From Psammoneis japonica (lineage: Eukaryota), in NCBI GenBank assembly GCA_008632985.1, contig QPGO01000190.1:62001-126000 (forward strand): 64,000 bases of DNA, given 5' to 3'. The notes under the pieces were generated by a model that saw nothing but the letters and a program-made list of their open reading frames with translations, did not search any database and was not told the DNA's origin. Shown here piece by piece: positions 24,331-36,443 of this stretch (the stretch's first letter is position 1; each line of letters begins with the position of its first letter). The translations under genes were made by a program, and so were the position numbers.

Positions 24331-27300
24331 CTGCTGCTTTTGAGACAAGAGGGGGACAGGCATCCATTGCATGAGCTTGCAAGCCATGACCACCAAAAGG
24401 TGGTGCATGCCATGCCCACATTGCTCTGACTGCCACCAAAAGAGAGCAAAGAAGACACTGCTCTGGACTGGATTGAGCAGTGTTGCTCATGACCACCAAG
24501 AGCACTGTGGGGAATGCCTGGTGAGACAAGGCAATCGCAAAGTAAAAAATTTCCTCCAGCCAACAAGTGACAGGAGCAAGTGTCTGAAGTGGCAGAGTGG
24601 GAGAGAAAGCATTTTGTCAGTTGGTGGGAAGTCTCCTGTGTCACACAGCTTAGAGTGCCATGTGCAAGCTGAAAAGACTTCAAAGAACAGTGGATTGTTG
24701 ACAGCATGTCAACAAAGAATGCCCAGTGCATCAAAGTTTCTTTGCTTGTTGTGCGGCTCCATGCTCAGCATGCTTGCAGCTGTCACTCTCTTCTTTGCAT
24801 GCAGGAGTGACCATGACTCATCTCATGACCTCTGAAGCATGATGGTGCTGTCTTGAAAGCACACCAACAATGAATGCAAAAGGTGGCAATGGTTTGTGTT
24901 TTGGGTGCGTGTCCTTCTCGTGTGCATGTCCGTGTTGTTTTCTTTGTCCCTGTGCTTGACGTCATCACAGGACCCCATTTTACCTGTCAACCCAAGTGTG
25001 TGGACCACCTTTGGGACAAAGGGCAGCAGCATGGAATTGCATGGGAGGGTGCTGGTGCATGAGATGGTGCAATCAGCAGCCCGGCAAAAAAGCAGCCTGC
25101 AAACACGACCTGAGCGACAATTCAAAAGACACAATTTTCAGAAGAAGCAAGCTCCAATCAAGTGCATCCACAAAAAGTGTTGTGCTGCCTTGGCAAAAAC
25201 CTCTGCCTCTTTCTTGAGAGCAACATCTGCACAATGGGCACAGTCATCTCTTGCACGGCGTGTGATCCTCGTTCTTGCTCCACCACCCACATGCACATGG
25301 GAACAACATTGAGGGTGAAATGCCCAGGTGGCGCTGACATTTCTGTTGCAGAGCAAGACCAGCTCTCAGCATGTGGGCACTGCGTGATGCACCTCATTGG
25401 CAGAAATGCCTGTGTGAAATTCACCACTTTGGGAAAGCTCACCCCCGCACTTTTTCCAAGCAACAGCAAATGGTGTTGGCAACAGGTGCTGTGGACTTTT
25501 TGCAGAAAATCTTGTCCAGAAACAGCAGCAAGATTTGAATCTGATCCAGATCCAGCAGGCTGCTGGATCACTTGCTCTGATGAGCCTCGGTCTGCATCAC
25601 AGACATTCTCTCTTGGTGATGGCGTTTGTGGTGCAGTTTGTGGATTGTTTCAGCCTGACAATTGAGCATGGCAACAGGAATCCTGCAGCTGCATTGTGCA
25701 GACTCCAGCCATGGAGAGAATCTGAATGGTGTGCAGTGTGAGTGTGCTTGCAGTGGACAAGCTCATCTGTTGCACCAAGTGTGGTGTTGCTCCAGCACCT
25801 TGATCAGGCAACCCAGAATGTGGCCGCATTGGTGTGCTCTTGATTTGCACGCCAATTTCTCTGGCAATGTCTCTGACGGCTTTGTCCACTTGCTGAAGTC
25901 TGCCTTTGGGTCAGCATCATGGTTGGCGGGGTTGTCAATCATGATGGTTGACACAATGCCAACAGCTGTGAGCGCATCCAAGCATTGCCTGCTGGCCTGT
26001 TCCAGCTCCATCCAGGCGCACAGGTTCGATTCGCATCACTGGCCGTTTGGTGCAATTTCCTCCTTCAAAATCAAAAGGTGAGTGCACACAAACCTCATTT
26101 TTTTGTGTGCACTCACCTTTTAATTTTCGAAACAATCAAATTTGAAGGAGTTTAATGTGCCAAACTGTGCAGAAAATTGGCCTCTTGCATGATGGAATTT
26201 CTCATCACCTGGGGCTGGAACAGGCCTGCTGCACTGACTGCGGACTTGATGACCCCGCCCTTTTGCATTGGCTTTGATGTGCCCATTTTCTGGAGCTTGC
26301 ACCCAAAGTCTCTACAAAGTGATGAGCCACAGCCTTGGCAAGTCCCTGTCCCATCATGCCAGGTGCAAGAGATGATTTTGCTGTTGTGTCCACCATCACA
26401 ACAAATGTGGCCTTTTTGCAAAACAGAACAAATGTGGTGAGAAGAATGACACTTGGTTCTAGAGCACATTGAGGCAGACACAAAGTGTTCCCACAGAGCA
26501 CAGTTGTCACATTTGTCTTTGTCTCCGCCCCATGAATTGTTCTGCAACATGCCCAGAAGCTGCCACACTTCTCATTCACGCCACTCCATCCACACAATCT
26601 CCTCACCAAGCTGCACCTTCAATCACTTCATTGCTGGCAGCATCCAGTCTTGCCAGTTCAGGATCTTTCTCCCCCATCCACCGCTGGCAACCACAACAGC
26701 ATCTGGTTGTCCTTCATCCAATGTGCTGCCAACTCCCCCAACAAGATGAGTTGCAAGGTCAGCCAGCGTGGGGCTCTGACCAACGTGAGGGGAGTGCCAC
26801 AAAGTCACCCCCCCTCCCAATCAACACTGTGGTCTAATTCCACAAGATCTGTCCCCACAACAGTCATGCCCAAATGTCTTCCCAAATGCTTTGAATGTGC
26901 TTGTCCAAACATGCCCAACAATCCCAGCACCAAAGTGGCCACAGACACAACATCAACTGCCACCAAATTGCCTGGCAACTTCAGTTGGAAAGCACTGGAT
27001 TTGACCTCCCATCACAGTTTTTGTTTTTTTCATGATTTGTGCAACAACATCAAAACAAAACATGCAGAACACTGTGGCTTGCAAAGCTGCAATGCCACAT
27101 GAACTGAGCAAGAGTGGCAGCTGTGTTGGAGTTCAAAATGGAGCTGCCAGGTGAACTCCATCATTGGAGAAGAAATCTGGTGCAGGTCTGATGACTTGCC
27201 ACTTTGTTTGGCTGTGATCTTTGGAGAAAACATGCTGCTTTTTTGTGATTGGTGGTCCATTGGCAGCTTGCTTTGTTTTCCAGCACATGACTCTGCAGAG

Positions 27301-30300
27301 CATGCCATCAAATCACTGTTCTTTTGTTTGTCATTGGAGCAGTGAATCACCTTCACATGAAACCCAAATGCACCAAGGAGAACAAAAGCATTTGAATGTC
27401 ATGTCATGATGTGACTGACACAAAAAGCTGGGCCAAAAGAAAATTCTTGCCTTGCAGTTGGAGCAAAAGTTTGTTCTTCTAAACTTGGTTTGGCAGCGGG
27501 ATCAATTGTCTTTGCCTTGGCAGCATTGATGGTTGGAGTGAAAGTTGTGTGCAGCATTGCCTCCAATGTCTGTGGTGCAATGCCAGGAGGAAGTTTTGCC
27601 TGCTGCTCACATCCATCTCTTGCAACTTCAGCCACAAGGGCTTGACACCATGGTTTCACACACCATGTGTTGAAAGTCAGGGTCACCACCCAGTGGCTTT
27701 TGCACTGCATCTTGCTTGTGATGGACTTCGTTGGTGCAGCAATTTTCCAGGAGACACAGGTGGCTCATCTGCCCCACCTTTTTCTTTCAATGATGTGGTT
27801 TGTTCTTGAAAGTGCTCTTGCACAAAGATTTCTGCCACCTCCACCACTGCACACAATGCCCCTGGACTGTCCAGAGTGCTTTCAGCACAAAGCCCAAGGT
27901 CCATCCCACCAGTCTCCAACTGGGCAACAAGAGCATGTGCTTCTGGTTGACACAATGGATTTTGACAGATGAAACGCCCAGCTTCATTGGCCACGTGCTC
28001 ATGACAAAAATCAAGAGCTTGTTTGTTGTCAGCTCTTGTTGCACTCAATGCTGTGAGCACTCCTTTGGAAATGAGAACACCTCCAGCAGTCTTGCCCATG
28101 AGATTGGAGATCATCTCTTGGCCCAGCTTGAGCCAGGGTGCACACCATGCTTTTTGCAGTCATGGACACCCCATCAAAATGAGTCAAGGTGCAGCATTGT
28201 GCTGTGTGGCTGCTGCACCTTGTGGACTGGAGGCTTGCAAGCTGATCCATTCTTGTGTGATTTGCTGTAAATTCATTCCTGGTCCATGCTGTCTTTCTTT
28301 GCATTGGTGCAAAGCAATGCACGGACAAAACTTCTGGGCACATTGTTTTGAGACCAATTTCAGCATGTGGGCAGTGCATGATGAACTCCATTGGCAGCGC
28401 CGTTGTGAAATTGGCAACTTTTGAGAAAGGTCACTCACTTGCACTTTTCCAATGGCAAATGGTTGTGACCACCAATGGTGACAGGCACTGCAGAGTTTTT
28501 GCAGCACATCTTGCCTGAAACTGCAGCAGGACTTGGGTGCAATCCAGATCTGGCAGGCCAGATCAATTGCTCCAACAAGTCTCAGTCCAGCTGCACTGCA
28601 GAGATGTTCCCTCTTGGTGATGACATTTGTGGCACTGTTTCTAGATAATTTCAGCCTGACAGTTGAGCACATGGTGACAGTCTTGCTTGCATCCAACGGC
28701 CAACGGTGCAGACAAAAGAATCTTCAGCTTCGCAATGATGCAAAGAAGTGCTGTCACATGGCCAACACTGCTCTGAATCACTTTGTTTGTCAAGAGTTGC
28801 CAGAGACATGTCAGAAGACGAAGAGCCATCCATTGTGACTGCAGAGATGTCACCAGCATCCTGCTTTTTGGCAAAACATGCCAGTGACCACCACATTGGT
28901 GTGTTTGTGACAATGCAATGAACGAGGTGATGGCAGCAACCACTGTCAGTGGCAGTGTCAACTGTGCCTTTTGTGTGACAAACAAAGAAAGCAGCCAACC
29001 AGTCTTTGTCAAACAAGCATTGGAGTTTGTTGCTCGCCATTTTTTTGGCCCTGGTGGATTTCCCCTCACATGGGAGTGGGAGCAAAAAGAAGTGAATGTG
29101 TGCAATGAATGAGCAGCAAACCACCACCCATGTTGAGTGAAGCAAATGCCAAAAAGTGCGTCTTTTCCAACAATTCATTGCTCTGATCGCAAGCACATGG
29201 CTGCGGCAACAGATTTCTTTTGTGGCTTTGAATTGCTTGATCATGTCTTGGTGGATGTCAACACGGGTCAAGTTGGCAAGGATGTGGCCAAAGGTTTGCA
29301 GGGGAATTCATGGGGGGTTCAAGTTGGGTCCTGCTTGCAGACTCTGAGTGTGGCAGTGTGGTGCCAGCCACCAACCAGCCGGCTCCTCTGGCCAGCCAGA
29401 GTGGAGCTGGCAGTGGCAGCTCCAGATGGAGAGAGAGCGCAGTGACTTTTGCTTTCTCATTGACGTCTGCCAGCATGCCAGCAAAATGGCATCAAGAGCT
29501 TCAAAGCCATCAACGTCAAAATGTGAGCATGATGACTCTCGCTGCATGACTCCAGTGCCAGACTCTCTGCTTTGTGGCGCAGCTGCTCTTGACCCGTCGG
29601 ATTCTCTGGGAGCATTTTCTTCTTGAGCTGGCGTGTCTCAGCAAGTGACACACTGCTGTCACAGCTGGGAAAAATGGGTCCTTCACAAAGTCACTGTGCG
29701 TGCATTTCTCCAAAGCAGTGCGGGTGCAAATGGCACCCACACAGACACATGGTGAAGCACATCTTGCTCTTTGGTGCTTCTTGACATGCCGCATGTCCAC
29801 AGCTTTCTGGGGAGGCAGCCTTCCTTTTTGATGACATGACAACCTTCCATGGGACTGAATGGTCTTCTTGCAGAGTGTGACAAGTGAGTGGAGCAGAGGA
29901 TTGAAGAACTGCACAACAACTGCACACTCTCTGTTGGGTGCAACAGCATCTGTGGTCATGCATCTGCAAACAACAAAGCACTGAGTCAGTTGCAGCCGCA
30001 AGCTGGGGAGGAGCCCATTTCCAGTGGCACTTTGTTTTTGTGGCACGGGACAAGGAAGACTTGCAGCGGTGGCAAAGTGCCCTGTGTGAGGGTGCAGCTC
30101 ATTCTGTTTTTGATTTTAAAGCATCATTGCCAAAGGAATGGCAGCACATGTCAGCAGGTCATGCCTGCACTGGATTTGATGTCATGTTGTCAACCTTTGA
30201 CATGCTGAAGTCCAAGGATCTTGCAGTTGCACTGGACAGCTGCGGCCATGCTGTGTCACAACAACACCAGAGTTTTCAACACAGATGGAGCTGCTCATCA

Positions 30301-31640
30301 TGAGGCTCTTGCTGTGATGCACAAAATCACATGGGACAGAGTTCTGCTTGTGGACGTGTTTGGGAGAGTCAAGAAAACCTGGCACCACTCATGTCAAGGC
30401 ATCCACAGCATTAAATGGGTCACCAAGGTGAGTCACCATGAGTGGGGTCTCCCAAAGCAAGCCCATCAGAAGCTTGCAAGCTGCTGCTTTTCACAGACTT
30501 GTTTTCTTTTCAAGACAGGAGGGGGGGCAGGCATCCATTGCATGAGCTTGCAAGCCATGACCAAAAGGTGATGCAGGCTGTGCCCAAGGTGGCTGCTCTG
30601 ACTGCCACCAAAAGACAGTGAAGAAGCACCTGTTCTGGACTGCATTGCAGTGCACAAGGATTTGTGACCATTCACAACCAAGAGTCATGCTGTGGGGAAT
30701 GCCTGGCAAGACAAGACAATTGTCAAGCAATGAACTTTCTCTGATCAATGAGCAACGGCAGCATCTGAAGTGGCAGGATGGATGAGAGCACATTTCATTG
30801 GTCGGCAGAAATTGGTTCAAGACAAAGCTCTCCTTTCACGCAGCTTGAAATGCAGTGTGCAAGCTGAAAAGGCATCAAAGAACAGTGGATCAGCAGCACG
30901 TCAATGAAAAGTGCTCAAGGCATTGATGTTTCTTCACTTGTTGCATGGTTCCATGCTCAGCTTGCTTGTGGCTGTCACTCTCTTCTTTGCATCCAGCAAC
31001 CATGATTCATTTCACAACCTCTGCAGCATGATGGTGCTCTGCCCCAAAGCATGTCAACAACAAATGCAAAAGGTGTTGATGGTTTGTTTTGGGTGTGCGC
31101 CCTTCTCATTTCTCGTGCACATCTGCTGTTCCTTGTCCCCATGCTTCACATTGTCATGACCTGGAGCACATTGAGGCAGACACAAAATGTGCCCACAGAG
31201 CACAGTTGTCACACTTGCCTTTGTCTCTCATGAATTGTTCTGCAACATGCCCAGAAGCTGCCGCTGCTCATTCACACCACTCCATCCACACAATCTCCTC
31301 ACCAAGCTGCACCTTCAATCACTTCATCACTGGCAGCATCCAGCCTCACTGTTGCAGGATCTTCCCCCCCCCCCATCCACTGCCAGCAACCACAACAGCA
31401 TCTGGTTGTCCTTCATCCAATGTGCTGCCAACTCCCCCTGACAAGATGAGTCGCAAGAAGGTCAGCAGTGTGGGGCTCTGCTGACCAACATGAGGGAGTG
31501 CCACAAAGTCACCCACCCCGCAACCAACACTGTGACCCAACTCCACAAGATCTGCCCCTGCAACAGTCACACCCAAATCTCTTCCCAAATGTGTCAACAC
31601 TGCTCATCCTGGCAGACCCAATGACCCCAGCACCAGTGAG
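23780..31640. repeat. Internal segmental duplications within block 2
   Basis: 23780-24960 resembles 29985-31150; 26458-26930 resembles 31162-31635; 25495-25680 resembles 28495-28685. Confidence 0.85.
29300..30480 (+). pseudogene. Degenerate SNF2-like ATPase fragment, copy B
   Basis: Paralogous to copy A: RDKEDLQRWQSAL, GFDVMLSTFDMLKSKD, MHKITWDRVLLVD. Confidence 0.55.
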
Positions 31641-33541
31641 GACATGTCATCATCTGCCACCGAGGATGCCATTGTGCACCTGACAATTTCAACTGGAAAG
31701 CTTGATCGATTTTCATTCTCCCATGTCAGACACAAAGACAACTTGTTTGACTCCTCCTCAGCAACTCCAACCCCACCAAACTGCAGTCAGTGCACTGCCT
31801 TGCATCTTGAAAATCCCAGACCATTGCACAACCTGGAAACCAGTGTGTCTCAAAGTTCCACCACACTCTCACCCACTTCTTGTCCACCACACACAGCCAT
31901 CGTGAGGAAATGACAATTCTGTCTCTGTTCATGGGAAGGCAAGAGCAAGGTGAGTGGATGAAGTGCAAAAGAAAAAAGAGCAACACATTGCACAATCATG
32001 ACAGAACACACACACCTCACTCTGCAACAAAGCCGAACGTGCGGAAATGTGAAGTGATCAGTCACTTTGCTGGCATCGTGGGAAAGAATGCCGACAGATG
32101 CGACGTTGGCACGCCGACACCAATGACTTTTGGTGGAAGGCACACTCGCTGCATGCAGTGGGTGTTTAGCCTTCATCCAAATGCAAAAAGTCCTTTTTGT
32201 GCATTGCATTCAGCCAATTCGATGAAATGGTGCCAAAATGACGCACGACAAACAAAGGCACGTATGTTATGGCCGCAATAGCCACGGAACGCCTCGTATC
32301 TCGTTGCGCTAAATCATTCTATCTAAGTTAAGGTACACTTCTAAAAAATGGACATGTTTCTCTCACTCTACTAGAGAGTATTTTAAACTGTGCGAGGGGA
32401 TAATCTAGCTACCGGTAGGCCCGACTGTAGAGTTGATTGCTGCATGCCGCGTTCACCACCCACCCACCCGTCAACATCATTGCTTGAATGATTTTTTGGA
32501 TGCTTGTTTTGATTCATGATCTTTTTACCAAGATAGATCGAGAGTTTTTTCTTTGTTCGGCAGGTGTCAGTACGAATTCACGAGCCGGCAGAAACACCAC
32601 AACAAAAACAACAGCACGACTCTCTCCTTTTTATTGGCAGGATCCAGTGCGCATAAGCGAGCCGGACACATACCAAACAAGTCAAGAGTGCTAACACAAA
32701 TCCAATGTGAATCCATACGTCGTATAATGAGTCAAAAACATCTACAGAAAAAGAGTGTCGTCAGATAGATGATCATTCGCAACCCTTGATCGTGGTGTCA
32801 GTCTCGCATCTGCTTGACTCATTCGCAGATGAGCCACTTACCATCAATAGACAATACAGGCACGCAAGAAATTGTCAATGTTATTGTTGGTATGATTTTT
32901 GGGGAGCTTCTTTTGATTCAAAAGGGACTGTAGGGCACACCGCAGCGCCATTATGGTACGATGAAGAAATCCGATTGCAGCAGAATGGGGCAGATGTAGT
33001 CAGGAAACTATCAGCTATCATTTGTCCTTGGGGTGCTACCTGGCTCAGAAACCTCTGTATATGAGTGATAAAGACGACCATACCAAAGAAAATGAGTGAC
33101 ATAATACATAATGAAACAAAAGCGCAATACTGTACGATTCGATCGCGACAGACAGAGAGAAAATGAGTATCGAATCGTGGTGCAATTACAAAATCCATGT
33201 TTTCATCTTACAATTGGCTGATTACCTTCAAACAAGCAACATAAGTTGATTCTATATGATAGTAAAGACTAGTAAATAGCGTTGATATTGTTGAAAGGAT
33301 TGGCAACAGTCTATTAAACGCCGCTCCGATTCTCATGGTGGGTGTTGTTTGAGGAAATTTGTGCAGACGTGACTGAATGAGTCCCGTCTGACTTCGCGTG
33401 ATGGCCTTGGGGTTTTCATGCGGCTCAGTACCTTTTTCGCGCGAATTTTCGCGTGATTTTACACTCCCCATCGTTCGTGAATCACTTGGTACACATTGGC
33501 ACGCCTTGGCACGCTTGTCCACGAACCACTAAGTACTAAAA

Positions 33542-36426
33542 TACACCCTGGCTACGCAGTGTCCCGTTTGTCCACAGGTGTCCAAAAAAATTCAAAGCAA
33601 AACGATGGAGAGTATAGCTCGAGGACCGAACCGGACCTCGCCTACTAGTAGGGCCCTACCTACCGGCGTACGGTACCGTACCGTACCTACCCGCACGACG
33701 ACGACCCCTCCAGTTGCTGTTGCTGCGGAGCTTATTGTTGTTGCTGTTTCTTTCTCTCTACTCTAGAGATCGGTACTCTACCCGACAAAACTGCAAAGTG
33801 TGAGATGAAAGGAATACATTAGACGTGCATTTTGGTTGAAGCCTCGAGATGGATCATCGCTCAATCAAACAGCCAAGGTCAGAGGCGGCCACGACAGTTG
33901 GTGAGCAGGTATTTTCCAACTTCCAACGTGCTTGAATGTGCTTACACATCGCCTCACTTTCTCTTTCATCCTAAAAATATCTGTTGCTTCAGTCTATCGA
34001 ACCGGAAGAAAAGGGACCTAAGCCTACCAAGCCCACAATAACAAAAAAGAAGCAGAAAAAGTCGAAATAATCGGCAAAGAAAAACAAGAACAGCAACGAA
34101 GAGAAAACGTCCTTGTCTTCAAGAGTATCGTAAGTATCGAGAGGGAATATCACGCCTTGCCTAAAACTTTAATCTTGGTTGTGCTGATGCTTCATCTCCT
34201 CTCTGCACCTTGTGTTGGTATTCAGCATGGCAACAGCCGACGGGCAAGCAATGGCTCAGGTGCTGAGTACGTTTAATCGCATGGAACGGGTTCGTTTTGA
34301 ACCTCTCATGACATCTGATTCTCCAATCCCTCACAAAATTCAACGCGCCGCAAATGCTCAACAACTTTTCTCGAAAGACACAACCCGCACGATACATAAT
34401 ACAGCAAAACATCAATTTGAATCATGGCACCGCAATATTGCAGCAAGAGAGTCCCTTTGACGAGGTGGAAATCAGCAATGGAATATTTATGGAGTCAGGA
34501 ACGGATAATGATGTCTTTGCAAACAAGTCTACTACTCTGCACCAGCATCTGAAAACAACGAGACTACATCCTTTTGGAGACACCGCAAGTTTCACATCAT
34601 CGCCGTCGTGGCGATTGTGATTGGAGGTTTCGTCATTCTAAGGGGTAGTGCCAATCCCAATGCTCTCTTTGTTCCTGTTGATCCACCCGGCAAGGAGAAA
34701 GCGGATCGTTGGGATGCCACGTTGGGATTGCGTTTGCGTGTCGTGAATGCATGCAGTGACGGCGAATGGACGGCTCTGTTTGATGCTTCCCTCAGTGATC
34801 GGAATTCAGATCCATCGCTGCAATTGACGCCGATTCGATCGACACATGATCCGGTTTGTCAACCGGAAATGAAACGACTCAAGGTTTTCAATGGCAATTA
34901 TGGAAATACGGATTGGCAAGGACTCAATGCGATTTTGTTGAGACGAGAAGTGATTGTGTGAAGTACGGTACGACTCAATTATGATCAATCCATGGATAGT
35001 GAGCGAAAGTATTATAATGTGAGTGTGATTAATTTGCTGAGCTTGCTTGGTTGCTTGTGTATCGTGGCTTTTTGGGTGTATATTTTGGTGCTTGTTTGGC
35101 GAAGTGTTGGTATTCTTTCGTCTCTCAAAACGTTCACCTCACCCGTCTACTCTTACTCGATAATCCATCAATTGTAATTTTGGTTTTAGGAGCCACGAAT
35201 AATTGGGTCAAGGATTTGGTTTGCCACATTCCGACGAAAATCATTTCAACTTTGACCGAGAGGATTTCATGGATTACACAACCCGGCCCCGTTCCATCAA
35301 ACTGCCGGGACAGCACAATTTTTATCTCCTCAAAAAGATCCATGGTTCGCCCGACGAGCCACTTGTGTTTGGTTCCGCTGCCGATGTGAGTTGTACTACT
35401 TTGGAAACTTCCGTCCCAATCGAAATGGCAATACTCAATGAATGGACACCCTTGTGGACGAGTCCGTGAACAATAGCACCACCAGCACTATTGTACAAGA
35501 ATCATCCGAAGAAGAAGAGTCGGATGAAGAATCAAGTGACGAGGAGCCTGTTCCAATGGATATTCAACAAGCGGCACTTGGACAATATCTCTGTGCAAGG
35601 AGGATCATTGTACCGCGTTTTTAGGACGAGATTATCGAGTCGAATTCAACAAGTTACGATTCTAACTAACGCTCGCCTACTATAGTAGAGAGTAGAGAGC
35701 TCAATCAACGACGACTCCCTCCAAGTTGAGTGCGAGTTGCTGTTGCTGGTAGTTGGAGCGGAGGTCGTTGCTACTCTTGCTGCGTTGCTTGGTTGTTGGT
35801 GCTGTTTCTGGCTAGAGATACGGTACTCTACCCTACAACAACTGTGAAGTGTGAGTTGAAAGGAACACAATAAACGAGTATTTTGTGTGAAGCCTCACGA
35901 TGGATCATCGCTCAATCAAACGGCCAAGGTCAGCCACGACAGTTGGTAAGCAGGTATTTTCCAACTTCCAACGTTGTTGAATGTTCTTCGTCAAAAGGAA
36001 TGTCAAAGATCTGTACACGTCGCCTCACTTTCTCTTACATCCTTAATATCTGTCGCTTCAATCTATAGAATACCCCCCGCTTCAACAGCTGTTTCGACGC
36101 CTCCTTCTGCTGTTCCTCACGTCGCTAAACTCTGTAATTTCTTACTTATTAGAAAACTATGAACTACCAGATAAGTAACTAACAGTGTTTAGGTATAGCC
36201 GAATGGGGAACACCATAATGAAATGCTATACGATTCTTACTGTCTCCGGTACCTACAGCACGTAGCTTTCTCTACCGGTAGAGAGCATTGTTCTTCTAAG
36301 TAATCGCGTGACTAGGACATTATACTTTGTCACATAAGTACACCCTGGCTACGCAGCGTCCCGTTTGTCCACACGTGTCCAAAAAAATTCAAAACAAAAC
36401 GATGGAGAATAGCTCGATCGAGGACC
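33542..36426. repeat. Two duplicated non-coding modules flanking the 34.2-35.6 kb gene relic
   Basis: 33542-33626 resembles 36339-36426 (TACACCCTGGCTACGCAG...), and 33763-33998 resembles 35811-36066. Confidence 0.85.
34228..35624 (+). pseudogene. Hypothetical protein, multiply frameshifted
   Basis: Chain of protein-like ORF pieces (34212, 34354, 34608, 35203, 35442) with an acidic tail. No family recognised. Confidence 0.45.
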
Positions 36427-36443
36427 TCGCCAGCTGGAGAGCT

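Larger units (their letters stand above)
21800..32260. other. TpA/CpG-depleted hypermutated block 2
   Basis: Only scattered TA sites over ~10 kb. CpG-rich edges at ~21815-21890 and 32240-32310. Confidence 0.92.

Noticed and set aside
21900..32200. Alternative genetic code or foreign (viral) DNA as the cause of missing Tyr/TA
   Set aside because: TA is missing in all frames and in non-coding repeats, and the embedded genes are broken host-type genes.
21780..32330. TIRs or LTRs bounding block 2
   Set aside because: Only a ~6-bp match (TAGATA) was found, with no TSD or longer terminal repeat.
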